Shown piece by piece: positions 1-13,197 of a stretch of 64,000 nt of DNA (the stretch's first letter is position 1; each line of letters starts with the position of its first letter). Origin of the DNA: Octopus sinensis (taxonomy: Eukaryota); assembly GCF_006345805.1 (NCBI RefSeq), contig NC_043022.1:9610001-9674000 (forward strand). Reading direction: 5' to 3'. The position numbers were made by a program, and so were the translations under genes. The notes under the pieces were generated by a model. It was not told the DNA's origin. It saw only the letters and a program-made list of their open reading frames with translations, and searched no databases.

Positions 1-1374
1 CTGAAAGGAAAATAAAAAACCAAAGTATAGCTATTGAGTAAATAATGAATACAAATGAACAGCCAAAGGGAGTGGAGATGGAGTACATTGTATCAGCTAT
101 TTGTTCAGCAATGTTGTCATGGTGTAAGGGTTGTGTTGGTTTTGTTTATCCCTGGGTTAATCTTGATCAAAATCTGGCACATGGTTGCATAATCAATGCT
201 ATTTTGAATTTGATCACCGTTTTCTGTAATTTCATGTCTTCATATATTCAACTTGGTTTTTTTCATTGTGTATTGGCGCAGACGTGGCCGTGTGGTAAAA
301 GGCTTGCTTCCCAATCATATAATTCCGGGTTCAGTCCCACTGTGTGAAACCTTGGGCAAGTATCTTCTACTATAGCCTCGAGCTGACCTGAGCCTTGTGA
401 ATGGATTTGGTAGACAGAAACTGAACAAAGGCCATCGTATATATGTGTGTGTGTGTGTATCTTTGTATCTGAGTCTGGATGTCCTTCCTAACACCAACCA
501 CCCCACAGAGTAGACTGAGTGCTTTTTGCATGGCACCAGGATAGGTGAGGTCAGTTTTGGTAAGGTTTTTTTACAGCTGGATGCCCTTTGAAATGCCAAC
601 CATTTTGCAATGTGGACTAGATGCCTTTTATGTGGCATCAGCATTGGCAGGGTCACCGAATAACTAGCAATATGTGGAAGCTTTGAGAGGGGAGAGGGCA
701 TTGGAAGTGGTGATCAGCATTGTGTCAGCTGGTAAAAATGAGTAATCCTATGGTAGTCTGGCATCCGATCCAGGGAGGAATGTATACATCAGAGAAACTG
801 GGAAACCAGCACTATGCTCCTTACGGTGTAATGGAGACTAACCATGTATAGACACACACACACATACACCTGTATATATACACAAAGGCTTCCACACAGT
901 TTCCATCTGCCAGGTTCACTTACAAAGCATTGGTTGACCCAGAACTATAGCAGAAGACCCTTACTGGTAGTACTGTGCAATAGGACTGAACCCAAAGCTA
1001 CATGGTTGCAAAGCAAGCTTTTTTACCACATGGCTGTGTCTGAATGGAGAGAGATTTGGCTTCTGTTTCTAGCTAGTTGGACACCAATCACACAGACACT
1101 TCCTTGTCCAAATTCCGCTGAGGTCAGCTTTGCTTTTCATCCTTTCGAGGCCAATAAATTAAGTATCAGTGAAACACTGGGGTCGATGTAATTGACTAGC
1201 CCACTTCCACAAAATTTCAGCCCTTGTGCCTATAGTAGAAAGGATTATTATTGTTATCATCATCATCATTATTATTATTATTATTACTTTTTTTTTTCTT
1301 CTTTCAAATTTGCTTCCATTTCTTGCCGAGTGTCTTCCCGACTCCTAGGGCAAAGAAACTCATAGTATACAATG

Positions 1375-1423
<49 letters not shown>

Positions 1424-1984
1424 GAAATAATAATAATAATTATTATTGTTACTCTGTCCTTATGTTCTGAGTTCAAATTCCACTGAGGCTGACTTTTCCT
1501 ATCATCTTTTCGTCCAATAAAATAAGTACCAGTTATGCTCTGGAGCTAACGTAATCGACTAGCCACCTCCCCCAAAGTTTCAGTTGAAAATTTTTTATTA
1601 TTATTATTATTATTATTATTGAGTATTTATTTATCTTGTGTTAGTTTTATTGTTGCTATATTTACACTTTAGATAATTCAATTTGACACTGATTCAATAA
1701 AGTTAGAAATTAATTTGAGTTTCATAAGATGCTAAGTTAATTTTTAATAATTAATTAATTATTTTATTGAATTAATTAATTGAATTACAGTATAAAACAA
1801 AACACATAACTAGACATTTTGAGTTTGATTGTCATATATACTGTAATTCTGACTGTTTTAATTAGATCACAGTCATAATGAATGGACATTAATGACTTCA
1901 TGTTTCAATAGCTTTTGTAAGTGCAGGCAGGACTGTGTGGTTGAGAAGCTCATCTCGCAGTCACCTGGTTTTAGGTTCAATCCC

Positions 1985-2062
1985 ACTGCATGACATATGT
2001 ATACATACATACATACATAGACACACATACATACATACATACACACACATATATATGTATAC

Positions 2063-2096
<34 letters not shown>

Positions 2097-2106
2097 GTAT
2101 GTATAC

Positions 2107-2164
<58 letters not shown>

Positions 2165-2630
2165 GTATGTATACATATACTAATACATCTGTTTGTTTTG
2201 TACACCACCTGTCTTCGTCTTTTGTTTTTTCGTAAACTCTCCCTATATGTATACATATATATGTATATGTATGTATACATATATATGTATGTATGTATAT
2301 ATATATATATATAAATGTATGTCTGTATATGTGCTTATATATGTATGTGTGTGTGTATATATATATATGTATGTATGTATACATATGTATGTATACATAT
2401 ACACATACATGTGTTTGTTTTGTACACCACCTGTCTTCGTCTTTTGTTTTTTCGTAAACTCTCCCTATATGTATACATATATATATATGTATGTATACAT
2501 GTATGTATACATATATATGTATGTATGTATGTATATATATATATATATAAATGTATGTCTGTATATGTGCTTATATATGTATGTGTGTGTATATATATAT
2601 ATATATATGTATGTATAGGAGAGTATTGTA
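1985..2630. repeat. Compound (TA)n/(TACA)n microsatellite with a tandem duplication of about 222 bp
   Basis: The unique core gtttgttttgtacaccacc...ctccctatat recurs at 2191 and 2413. Similar compound tracts lie at about 7550-7980, 11830-12240, 36310-36668, 42760-42850 and 48200-48340. Confidence 0.9.
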
Positions 2631-2749
2631 GTTCGCTTGAAGCATTGTGTAATGTTTGTAAAGAATAAAAAGTTTTAAATGGTACAACAATGCACTATAA
2701 TACAGACAATGGGCTATATACCTGTTGTAATTTAGTCATCCTTGGTATG

Positions 2750-2786
2750 ATATGATATTTCGGAATATTATTCCTTCTTCAGATAT
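2750..2786 (-). ncRNA. Minimal type I hammerhead ribozyme motif (antisense copy)
   Basis: Minus strand reads ATAT CTGAAGA A GGAA TAATA TTCC GAAA TAT C ATAT, with an intact core and a 4-bp stem II. Confidence 0.65.
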
Positions 2787-2835
2787 TCTTAGATAAGATG
2801 GACAACAGCAGACTCACTATATATACATATATATA

Positions 2836-3232
2836 TACTCTCTTTTACTTGTTTCAGTCATTTGACTGCGGCCATGCTGGAGCACCGCCTTTAGTCGAGC
2901 AAATCGACCCCCGGGACTTATTCTTTGTAAGCCCAGTACTTATTCTATCGGTCTCTTTTGCCGAACCGCTAAGTGACGGGGACGTAAACACACCAGCATC
3001 GGTTGTCAAGCAATGCTAGGGGCACAAATACAGACACACAAACACATACACACAAATATATATACACACATATATACGACAGGCTTCTTTCAGTTTCGGT
3101 CTACCAAATCCACTCACAAGGCATTGGTCGGCCCGGGGCTATAGCAGAAGACACTTGCCCAAGATGCCACGCAGTGGGACTGAACCTGGAACCATGTGGT
3201 TGGTAAACAAGCTACTTACCACACAGCCACTC
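2836..3232 (-). mobile_element. tRNA-derived SINE family A (dominant SINE here), full length
   Basis: Head with B-box-like ggttcagtccc, body ccttgggcaagtgtcttctgctatagcc, internal (CA)n, tail gaaacaagtaaaagag. More than a dozen copies in the window. Confidence 0.9.
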
Positions 3233-3244
3233 ATATATCTAAGA

Positions 3245-3281
3245 ATATCTGAAGAAGGAACAGTATTCTGAAATATCATAT
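3245..3281 (+). ncRNA. Minimal type I hammerhead ribozyme motif (sense to eps15 intron)
   Basis: Stem I ATAT/ATAT, core CUGAAGA, stem II GGAA/UUCU, GAAA, palindromic stem III AUAU, cleavage triplet AUC (after 3277). Activity untested. Confidence 0.6.
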
Positions 3282-4624
3282 CAGACTATGGATGACTAAA
3301 TTACAACAGGTATATAGCTCATTGTCTGTATTATAGTGCATTGTTGTACCATTCAAAACTTTGTCTTATGTATGTATGTATGGTCGTCGTCGTTTAACGT
3401 CCACTTTCCATGCTGGCATGAGTTGCATGGTTTGACTGAGGACTGGTGAACCAGAGGCTGCACCAGGCTATATATATATATATACATATAGGGAGAGTTT
3501 ACGAAAAAAAACAAAAGACGAAAGCAGGTAGTGTACAAAAGAAACAGATGTATTAGTTTAACACTCAGGAATTGAAAAAGTCTTTTACGTTTTGAGCCTA
3601 CGCTCTTCTACAGAAAGGAACACAGAAAAAAGAAGGAGAGAAACAAAGAGAGAAAAAAAATGTGTGTAGTGGCTAATGATCAATGATGGTGACTAGTGCT
3701 GGACAGAAGGGTCACACGCGAGAAAAAAAGTAGGGGAGATAACAAAGTAAAAATGATCCCCGGCACGAAGGTGTATGTGTGTATAAGAGAGTATGTATGT
3801 GCATGTGAAAGAGGGCATATATATATGTGTGTGTGTGTATGTGTGTGTGTGTGTGTATGTATGTATGTCTGCATATGTGCTTATATATATCAAAAATGTT
3901 TGTGTTTGTTTTGGCCACTCTCACTTGACAACCATTGTTGGTTTGTCTACAGCCTCCATAACTTAGCAGTTTGGCAAAAGTGATAATCCTTCAAGACAGT
4001 GGGGACCTTAGAATGGCTGCAGACCAATGACTGAAACAAGTAAACATTAAAAATGAATGGTAAAACCATAAAGGTAAACCTCACAAGAAATTGTGACTGA
4101 GATATGGTCTTAGAGAAAGGCAGTAAACATCACAGTTCCTGATCTTCCTGGTAACTTCCGTCACTGACAAAGTTATGGGAATTCTATTGAGCATTATCAA
4201 AAATGGTATTGATTAAATCCTTCCCTTTTCAAACTGTTGGCCTTGTGCCCAAATTAAATGTTTGGCACGCCCATGCCGGTGGCATGTAAAAAGCAACCAC
4301 TACACTCTCAGAGTGGTTGGTGTTAGGAAGGGCATCCAGCTGTAGAAACTCTGCCAGATCAAGATTGGAGCCTGGTGCAGCCATCTGGTTCGCCAGCCCT
4401 CAGTCAAAATCGTCCAACCCATGCTAGCATGGAAAGCGGACGTTAAACAATGATGATGATGATGATTTGCATTCATATTTCTGTCAAATGTAATGCTTAC
4501 TTATTCACATTGTTTTGAATTAATCATGCGTTATCTCATAACTTTGAGATTTCGATGATGTCATTGATGGCATTGATTAAACCTCGATAATTCTCAGATA
4601 ATTAAAAAAATTTTTCGCTTGTTT

Positions 4625-4860
4625 CTTATTTCTTTATTGCCCACAAGGGGCAATAAGGACACACAAAGGGGACAGAGGGGACAACAAGGACAGACAAAGG
4701 GATTAAGTCAATTACATCGACCCCGGTGCGTAACTGGTACTTAATTTATCAACCCCGAAAGGATGAAAGGCAGAGTTGACCTCAGCGGAATTTGAACTCA
4801 GAACGTAATGGCAGATGAAATACCGCCTGGCGTGCTAATGTTTCTGCCAGCTCATCGCCT
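4625..4860 (-). mobile_element. tRNA-derived SINE family B
   Basis: gagttcaaattccgctgaggtcaactctgcctttcatcctttcgggg body and aataaagagaataag tail; approximate TSD ttttc(g/a)cttgtttctt. Confidence 0.85.
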
Positions 4861-5029
4861 TTTTCACTTGTTTCTTTCATGGGACTGTGGCCATTGTGGG
4901 GCACCACCTCAAAGATTTTAGTCAATCAAGTTCATATCATTGCTGTAACAGACCTCTTATTTGGCTTCTAGAAATCCAGTTATGCTGTGCAATATCAAGC
5001 AATATCTTATCTTATCTGCTGACAGTTGT

Positions 5030-5445
5030 CATGCTTATCACTGTTCATGGCTTTGACATGACTTGATAAGCTTTCTCCATACTGGTTGGTTTTTCGCTTG
5101 AGTATGCCATTTATTATGATCATTTATTTTCCACTTCATATTCTATTTTGCAATATCTTTGAATTTCAGTCTCGGTCTTCCTTGGTTTCTTTTCCCCCTT
5201 GCCTAGTTTGGAGTAAAGGGGCTGTCTAGTGAATCTGCTGTTATCCATCCTATGTACATGAGTTTGCTGTTGTCCATCATATGCACATGATCCAACCAAT
5301 ATAAATTCTAACAGTGAGGATTTCCATCATATAAGACAGACAGCACACCATAGGATCTCCTGATCTTGTCAAAGAGAGAAATACTCATAATTTGTTGCGG
5401 CCGTCTCATCATGTGTGCATGATGGACAACAACAAACTCATGTAC
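5030..5445 (-). mobile_element. RTE-clade LINE 3' fragment with inverted 5' part
   Basis: Minus frame HRMDNSRFTRQPLYSKLGKGKRNQGRPRLKFKD...WHTQAKNQPVWRKLIK. The plus segment 5292-5445 encodes upstream DLVKER...HVCMMDNNKLM. Confidence 0.7.
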
Positions 5446-6644
5446 AACTTGACTGCTTGAGCTTTATAGACTGTCCAGGTTTCAGCTCTGTACCTGGGGG
5501 AAGAAAGCACTATAACTTTATGTACCTTACATTTGACATGCCAATTTTCTCACAGCTTCTCTCCTGTAGCCTGTTGAATAAAGCACTAGCACAGCTTGAA
5601 CTTTGTGCAATATACTGTACCCTTTATTGAGTGGACAGACCCCTTTCTTTGAAGTTGCTTAATTTGCATACAGTGTGTTAAAAAATAGTTTTATTCTGTT
5701 CTTTAGTTTTTTTAAGTGGATTCATAATGACTTAACATTACAACATATTCTGCTGTAGAAGCACATTAATTTGTACATGTTTGCAACTCCTGTTTCCTAT
5801 ATCACCGTCATCATCGTCATCATCATCCTCTGGGCATTACTGTCTCATGTCGTAGGAATTATAAAGCTGGTTACTCAGTTTCCATGGCATAATAAGTAAC
5901 AACAATCACAATACTCACCTCGAATGGGATGCCAGTTCATTGCAGGGTCACACATTTACAGCTGAGTGAACTGGAGACAGGGCTGGATTAAGTCACATCG
6001 AGGTCCTAAACACCTAAAAGATTTTGGTGCCCCCATAAAAGATTATATAATTCAAAATATATCAATAATGAAACATAAAATAAACAAAACAGTAAGAGGG
6101 AAAATAATGTTTATTTTTTTGTATATTTTCACTTTATTTATATTTGAAAAGTTTCCTCCTACTTTTTTGAATTGCAAAGTCTTTGATCTGATTCTCAAAA
6201 TTAATCTTAGATAACACATCTGCATTTATACTTAATAGAGATAAAGACATCCTGAATATTGTTTCCGCAAGTGTAAAGTGATTTCTTTTGTGCCTTAAAC
6301 CATTTACCATTTCTGTGGTGTCCCCTCCTTCCCTTGATACCCTAAGCACATGCTTATCTTGCTTAATGGTTAATCCAGTGCTGACCGGAACAACGTGATA
6401 TGAAGCATTTTGCTCAAGAACACAATGCACCACCTCGTCTGGGAATTGAACCCATGACCTTGTGAATACAACACCCTAAGCACTAGGTCACACATTTTCA
6501 CTGTTACCTATAAGGAAGAAGTAATTCCATAATTCCAAATAACTTTATCTTTAATCTTTTACATGTTTCAGAGACTGCATTATGGCCATGCTGGGGCACT
6601 TATGTTGATAGCTGTTGGGAATGGCATGTATCTTAGAAACTTAA

Positions 6645-6863
6645 CCTTTTAGCATTTAAACCAGTCGTACCCGGCCAAAATATTGTACATGTTATATGTT
6701 CATACTGGCCATATCTGACCTCTCCTATCTACTGTAAAATGTCATTGTAAAAATAAACAATCATATCTTGAAATCTCGAAGCTTTGAGATTGTGCATGAT
6801 TAGTTCAAAACTAGGTGAATAAATAAGCATTACATTTGACAGAGTAATCTGAATGCTAAAGGG
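6645..6863. mobile_element. piggyBac-like MITE (family E), TTAA-flanked
   Basis: TIR cc(c/t)tttagcatt...aatgctaaaggg with TTAA on both sides (6641-6644, 6864-6867). Further copies near 16560, 17470, 33478, 44110, 45562, 55130 and 59880. Confidence 0.7.
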
Positions 6864-7001
6864 TTAAACCAGCCATATCCTGCTGGAATTTTCTACTTGT
6901 TTTATGTTCAGACCAGCCAGATTCTACCTTTCATACTTACCCTACAATGTCATTCTAAAATAAAGAATGACACCATTGAAATCATAAAGCTATAAGATAA
7001 T

Positions 7002-7150
7002 ACTTACTTACTTGTACTTGTGGCGACATTCACCCTGGGCGGGTTGAGTCGGCTTCTTCTACCACCCTTGAGGCATCTCAAACCATGGCAGCCCACGCAC
7101 GACGGTCCTGTTCACTGGAGATAGCGAGCCAGTCACGGTTCCATCGGCGC
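7002..7150 (-). mobile_element. 5'-truncated RTE-type LINE 3' end inserted in a family E MITE
   Basis: Minus frame LRRWNRDWLAISSEQDRRAWAAMV, (aagt)n tail, TSD agataat at 6995-7001 and 7151-7157. Confidence 0.65.
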
Positions 7151-7592
7151 AGATAATGCATAATTAATTCAAAACAATCTGAATAAATATTCATTACATT
7201 TGGCGGAATAATCAGAATACTTAAAAGTTTGTACCAGTGTAAGGAACATTTTACTGTTTTGGTTGATGGTGAGTTCCTTATATGTTCCATATATGTTTAT
7301 GTGTGGAAGGGCATGAATTTCATGCAGGAGGGTCAGTTCTTCGACTGGTTTGATACTTTGGAACGTGGCTATGCTGGGGCTCTGATTCAAGTGTTTTTAG
7401 TCAATTATATCGATCCCAGTACATAGTTTATTGATCTTGTTAGGGCTAAAAGGCAAGTTGACTTTGGCTTAAAGTGGTATATCTTGCAACTCAATATTTA
7501 AAGTATTTGTGTTCACTTAATGATTTTCTTCATCTAACACTGATGTATGTGTGTGTGGGTATACATACATAATCTCTCTCTCTCTCTCATTA

Positions 7593-7625
<33 letters not shown>

Positions 7626-7939
7626 GTACATGTATGTATATATGTTTGTATATGTGTATTTGTGTACTTGTATACGTGTGTGTACATGTATATATATATA
7701 TGTATATATATATATATGTATATATATAAATGAGTCTGTATATATAGGTGTATGTATATATGTCTGCATGTGTATGTATGTATGTGTGTGTCTGTATCTG
7801 TGTGTGTGCATATATGTGTCTAATTGTCTATGTGTGTATATATGTATGCATACGTACGTACGTATGTACACATGTGTGTACATATGTATGCATGTATACA
7901 TATATATTATACATATATATATATTTATATATATATGCA

Positions 7940-7979
<40 letters not shown>

Positions 7980-9569
7980 ATGAGAGTGTCAGGCAGTAAA
8001 GATAAACGTCTATGTTTATAATTTTTCGCACTGTTAAACTCTTCTTTTGAAACAAACAAGCCTTTAATATCTACACCTACACTATATTCCGACTGGTTTG
8101 GTTGCCATTCAAACTACGGTGTCCATCTCAATATTAAAAACAGCTTTTCATCTCCGAAGACATGATTAACAGTGCGAAAAATTAAAATTTTATCATCAAC
8201 TGATATCTCAGACATTTAGATGTTCGTAACATATGTAGAGTTTTCCATTATTTCTATCTAACAGCAAGAAATATTTTTGTTTAATGCTCCTTCAGACATT
8301 ATCAACATCATCATCATTATTTGACATACCTTTTCTCATGCTGGCACGGGTTTGCTGGTTTGACAAGACTAGATGAACCTGGGAGTTCTGCCAGGTTCTG
8401 TGTCTGCTTTGTCATGGTTTCTACTGCTGGATGCCCTTCTTTATGCCAACCACTTAAGAGAGCACTGGGTGAGTTTTATGTGGCACCAGCACTGGTGAAG
8501 TTGCTGAGTACCCATAAGATAAGACCCTCCAGACGAGCGGGGCATAGACTGAAGGAATAAGAATCTATAATAGAGGGAGAAGAGCAGGTGTGTTGCTGAA
8601 GAGGCTTGCCTACCTGGAAAGTGTGAGAGAGGGAGAGATATGGGGTCCATGTATAATGTGGATATGAAACAGAATGAGTGAAAATAGTGTGACAGACGAT
8701 TAGAGATAGGCATAGAAGTGGCTGTGTGGTAAGTAGCTTGATTACAAACCACATAGTTTCAGGTTCAGTCCCACTGCATGGCACCTTGGGCAAGTGTCTT
8801 CTCCTATAGCCTTGGGCCGACCAAAGCCTTGTGAGTGGATTTGGTAGACGGAAACTGAAAGAAGTCCGTCATATATATGTTTATATATATATGTATGCAT
8901 GTGTATGTCTGTGTCCCCCCAACATTGGTTGACAACCGATTCTGGTGTGTTTACGTCCCCGGTGGCATGTAAAAAGCACCATCCGATCGTGTCCGTAGCC
9001 AGCCTCGCCTGGCCCCCGTGCCAGTGGCACGTAAAAAGCACCCACTACACTCATGGAGTGGTTGGCGTTAGGAAGGGCATCCAGCCATAGAAACATTGCC
9101 AGATCAGACTGGGCCTGGTGCAGCCTTCTGGCTTCCCAGACCCCAGTTGAACTGTCCAACCCATGCTAGCATGGAAAGCGGACGCTAAACAATAATGATG
9201 ATATATATATGTAATAGAGTTATTAGTGAGAGAGTTATCAATCCAGGCAAAGTACTTTAAAAGATTTCTGTTAGCACACGAGGCTAACAATATTGTTTAG
9301 ATTAGTAAAGAACTTTGTGTTTCTTGAGGCATGGTCTGAGGTTTATAATTCATCACCATCCTGTATTGTGAACCCATGGTTTTGTTCAACTTAGACTGGT
9401 TTTTACACAGAGTGATATACAAGACAAGGTGTAAATAACAGAGCGACATACAAAATGTAAATAACAATCATTACACATTTTCCCTTATTGTACTAAATTT
9501 GAGTCATTTTAATGACTACTGGAAACAGCTCTATGCAATGACTATTATTTATGCCTTGACTTGTATATA

Positions 9570-9929
9570 TGTGGTAAGAAGCTTGCTTCCCAACCACATA
9601 GTTCTGGGTTCAGTCCCACCACATGGCACCTTGGGCAAGTGTTTTCTACTATAGTCTCAGGCTGACCAAAGCCTTGTGAGCGGATTTGGTAGATGGAAAC
9701 TGAAAGAATCCTGTCATATATTTGTATGTCTGTATTTGTCCCCCCACAATCATTCGACAACCAATGTTGGTGTGTTTAGGTACCTGAAACTTAGCAGTTC
9801 GGCAAACGAGACCAATAGAATAAGTACTAGGCTTACAAAGAATAAATTCTAGGGTTGATTTGTACGACTAAAGGTGGTGCTCCAGCATGGCTGCAGTCAA
9901 ATGACTGAAACAAGTAAAAGAATAAAAGA
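9570..9929 (+). mobile_element. SINE family A
   Basis: Collinear with 2836-3232 in the opposite orientation; tail gaaacaagtaaaagaataaaaga. Confidence 0.85.
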
Positions 9930-12900
9930 TGTTATTTATATACAACAGAAGCAACATTAGACTGAAATAGCCACTTGTGTATCATACTTAATGTGAATAC
10001 GTCATGAAAGGCAAAATTTATTGCGGTATTCACCCAGTGATGATATTTCTTAGAGATGTGCTGTGTTTAAAAACACTACATATATTGGAGGAAGATAAAA
10101 ATCATCTCAGTAGTGGCGAGTGACAATGCAAGAAGCATTTCTGTTCATACTCTCCAAGGCTCAAGCTGACACCTGCAATGGAGACCTGTTCTCAAATCTG
10201 GGATAGTGTTGCTGTTATGCACACGGGACATCCTGGACTACATCTACAGAAAAGCCACTTGATGACTGGTAGTTGATCACTTACAAACACACTCCAGCCT
10301 CTGGTCACTGGAGTGTTTTCACCTCTCTCTCCTCCCTCTCTCTCTTTGTTGTTTTTTATTATCATCATTTAACATCCGCTTTCTATACTGGCTTGGGTTG
10401 GACAGTTTGACAGGAGCTGGCAAAGTGGAGATCTGCACCATGCTCCAGTTGTCCGTTTTGGCTTGGTTTCTACAGCTGGATGCCTTTCCTAATTCCAACC
10501 ACTCTTCAGAGTGGACTGAGCGCTTTTTGCATGGCACCAGCACAGACGAGGTCAGTTTTGGTAAGGTTTTTTACAGCTGGATGCCCTTAGAAATGCCAAC
10601 CATTTTGCGATGTGGACTAGATGCTTTTTATGTGGCATCAGCATTGGCAAGGTCACCGAGGAGCTTGCAAGTTGTGGAACCTTTGAGAGGGGAGAGGGCA
10701 TTGGAAGCGGTGATCTTGTGTCAGCTGGTAAAAATGAGTAATCCTATGGTAGTCTGGCATCCCATCCAGGGAGGAATGTATACATCAGGGAAACTGGGAA
10801 ACCAGCCCTATGCTCCTTACGGTGTAATGGGTGACTAACCATATATAGACACACACCCAGACTAGAAACAGTAGCTGGATAAATAGTCCTTGGATCATTC
10901 TCTACTGTCTTTAAAAACTGCAGATGCACTGTAGCTTGGAGCAGCTGTATTAACTTAGTAGCAACTGCATCAGCTGCAATCTCACTTGCAACAGATCTGG
11001 AAAGGTAACTCCATGTGGTCTTTCAACATGCTAGAAACAACAGCTAGATAGATAGGTGTGATAGTGAAAATCCACAAAGTTGAAACATTATATATATTTT
11101 TTTTGTTATTTTCATAATTTGCATGTATTTATTTTATTATAAATACAAAATAACACCACAGAGGAATTAACGTAAGATTGAATTATAAACTGCAACAGGT
11201 GAACCGTGAAAGGTGAACCGTGAAAGGTGAACCGTGATAGGTGAACCGTGATATGGCGAGGGATTATTCAACTTATTTTTGCGATCTGAGTGGATTGGAA
11301 CTAAGCAAAACAATGTGTTGCCTGGTCCAGGCATTGAAACCACAATCTTACACACAGGCACACACACACACACACACACACAACGAGCTTCTTTCAGTTT
11401 CTCTCTTCTAAATTCACTCACAAGGCTTTGGTCAGCCTTAAGCTATAGTAGAAACACTTGCTTGTCCAGGGTGCCATGTAGCAAGACTGAACCTGAAACC
11501 ATGTGGTTTGGAAGCAAACCTTGCATCACACATCGACGCCTGCATCAATCTATGTCAATGCATATTTCTATTGCATTTTATCACTTTTTTTAAAAAATTT
11601 ATTTCTTTCAAGACTTCTTTCTGCTTAACAGAATATTTGGGAAAAATATGCATATTTCTTTCACGTGATGCTCCAATTTAAATTTCTAATGAAATGGTCT
11701 GGAAACAACAGCATTTCACTCTCGATAAAGAAGCCAGCACCCGGATTTGAAGTCAGTTGTTAAATATAAGTGCCATTCATGAAACTGTTGGCCCTCGAGT
11801 CACTTTTGTAACTTCCTGTTGATTAAAACTAACACACACACACACCTCTGTGTGTATACAAACACACACACACCTATACATACACATGCATATACACATT
11901 TCTGCATGTGTGTGTGTGTGTGTATATATATATGTATGTATATACACACATGCATATATATCTATATGTATGTATGTATATACACACATACATATATATG
12001 TATTTGTATATACACACATGCACATATATATATATGTATGTATATAAACATACATATATATATATATACACATATATATACATGCACATATATATATTAT
12101 ATATACATGCATATACATATATACACACAAGCATATGTGTGTATATATATATATATATTATATATATATATATACACATATGCTTGTGTGTATATATACA
12201 CATGCATATACACATACGCATGTGCACATGTAAATGTGTGCTCCATGCCATTAAGCGAGAATATTTGTCCATAAAGTCTGCTTTTTATAATCTTTTTATT
12301 CTCCACTTTTGAGGCATTAATAAAATTGGTAAAAATTGGAAGTAAAAATATTGCAGTGTGAGCTCCGTGTCACCTCCACCCATCACACACACACACACAC
12401 ACACACACTCTCTCTCTCTCTCTCTCTCTCTCCACAAAAGCAGTGATAGAACCATTTGTTCTATTGAGGTCAAGAAGCATAGTCTTGGCGGCGGTAGTGG
12501 CGGTGGTGGAATCCACTAAAAAACAGGAGAGCAAACCAGTACTTAGCTCTGTACTCTACAGCTAGTCCATCAGCTCCCGCCACCACCACCACCACCACCA
12601 CCACCACCACCCTTCCAAATTGTAGCAGTTGGATGTAATAGTGTAATAGTAAGGTATGATGTGGTGGCGGTGGTTGTGGTGTTTTTGTGAATGTCTCTGT
12701 GGTTTTGTTTCACATAATTACTGGTGCAGCGTAGACTCATTGATAGAGCTTGCTGCCAGGCTTCAAGTAAGGAAGCATTAAATACCACACACAGGTGTGT
12801 GTGCGTGTGTGTGTGTGTGCGCGCGCGCGTGTGTGTGTGCGCGCGCGTGTGTGTGTGCGTGTATGTGTGTACATATATATGTATGTTTATGCCTATATAT

Positions 12901-13150
12901 ATATGTGTGTGTGTATAAAACATATTGGCTTCAAGTATGGGTTAAATACCACTCAAACACACACACGTGTGTGTGTGTATGTGTGTGTAAATATATATAT
13001 ATATATACACACACACATATACGTATATGTATGTTTGTGCCTGTGTCTATATTTGTGTGTGTATGTGTGTATATGTAATATATTTACACACATACATGTA
13101 AATATATGTTTGTGCCTGTGTGTCTATATGTGCATGTGTGTATGTGTGTG

Positions 13151-13197
<47 letters not shown>

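Larger units (their letters stand above)
2671..3360. mobile_element. Penelope-like (PLE) derived inverted-repeat module with HHR in each arm, SINE A in the spacer
   Basis: Arms 2671-2795 and 3236-3360 are reverse complements with only a few mismatches. Each contains ATAT-CTGAAGA-AGGAA-N5-TTCY-GAAA-TATC-ATAT. Confidence 0.7.

Noticed and set aside
45-347. 100-aa ORF at the window start
   Set aside because: No recognisable domain, and its 3' part runs into a SINE A head.
1873-2668. Many 60-150 aa Y/I/C/V/H/T-rich ORFs here and at 7547-8055, 11777-13459, 36052-36758 and 48106-48553
   Set aside because: They are translations of (TA)n/(CA)n/(TACA)n microsatellites, open in several frames at once, with no splice or domain support.
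8019-8184. Perfect 19-bp inverted repeat next to (TA)n as a sixth HHR module
   Set aside because: The inverted repeat is real (8019-8037, 8166-8184), but I found no CUGANGA/GAAA pair, so it was not called.
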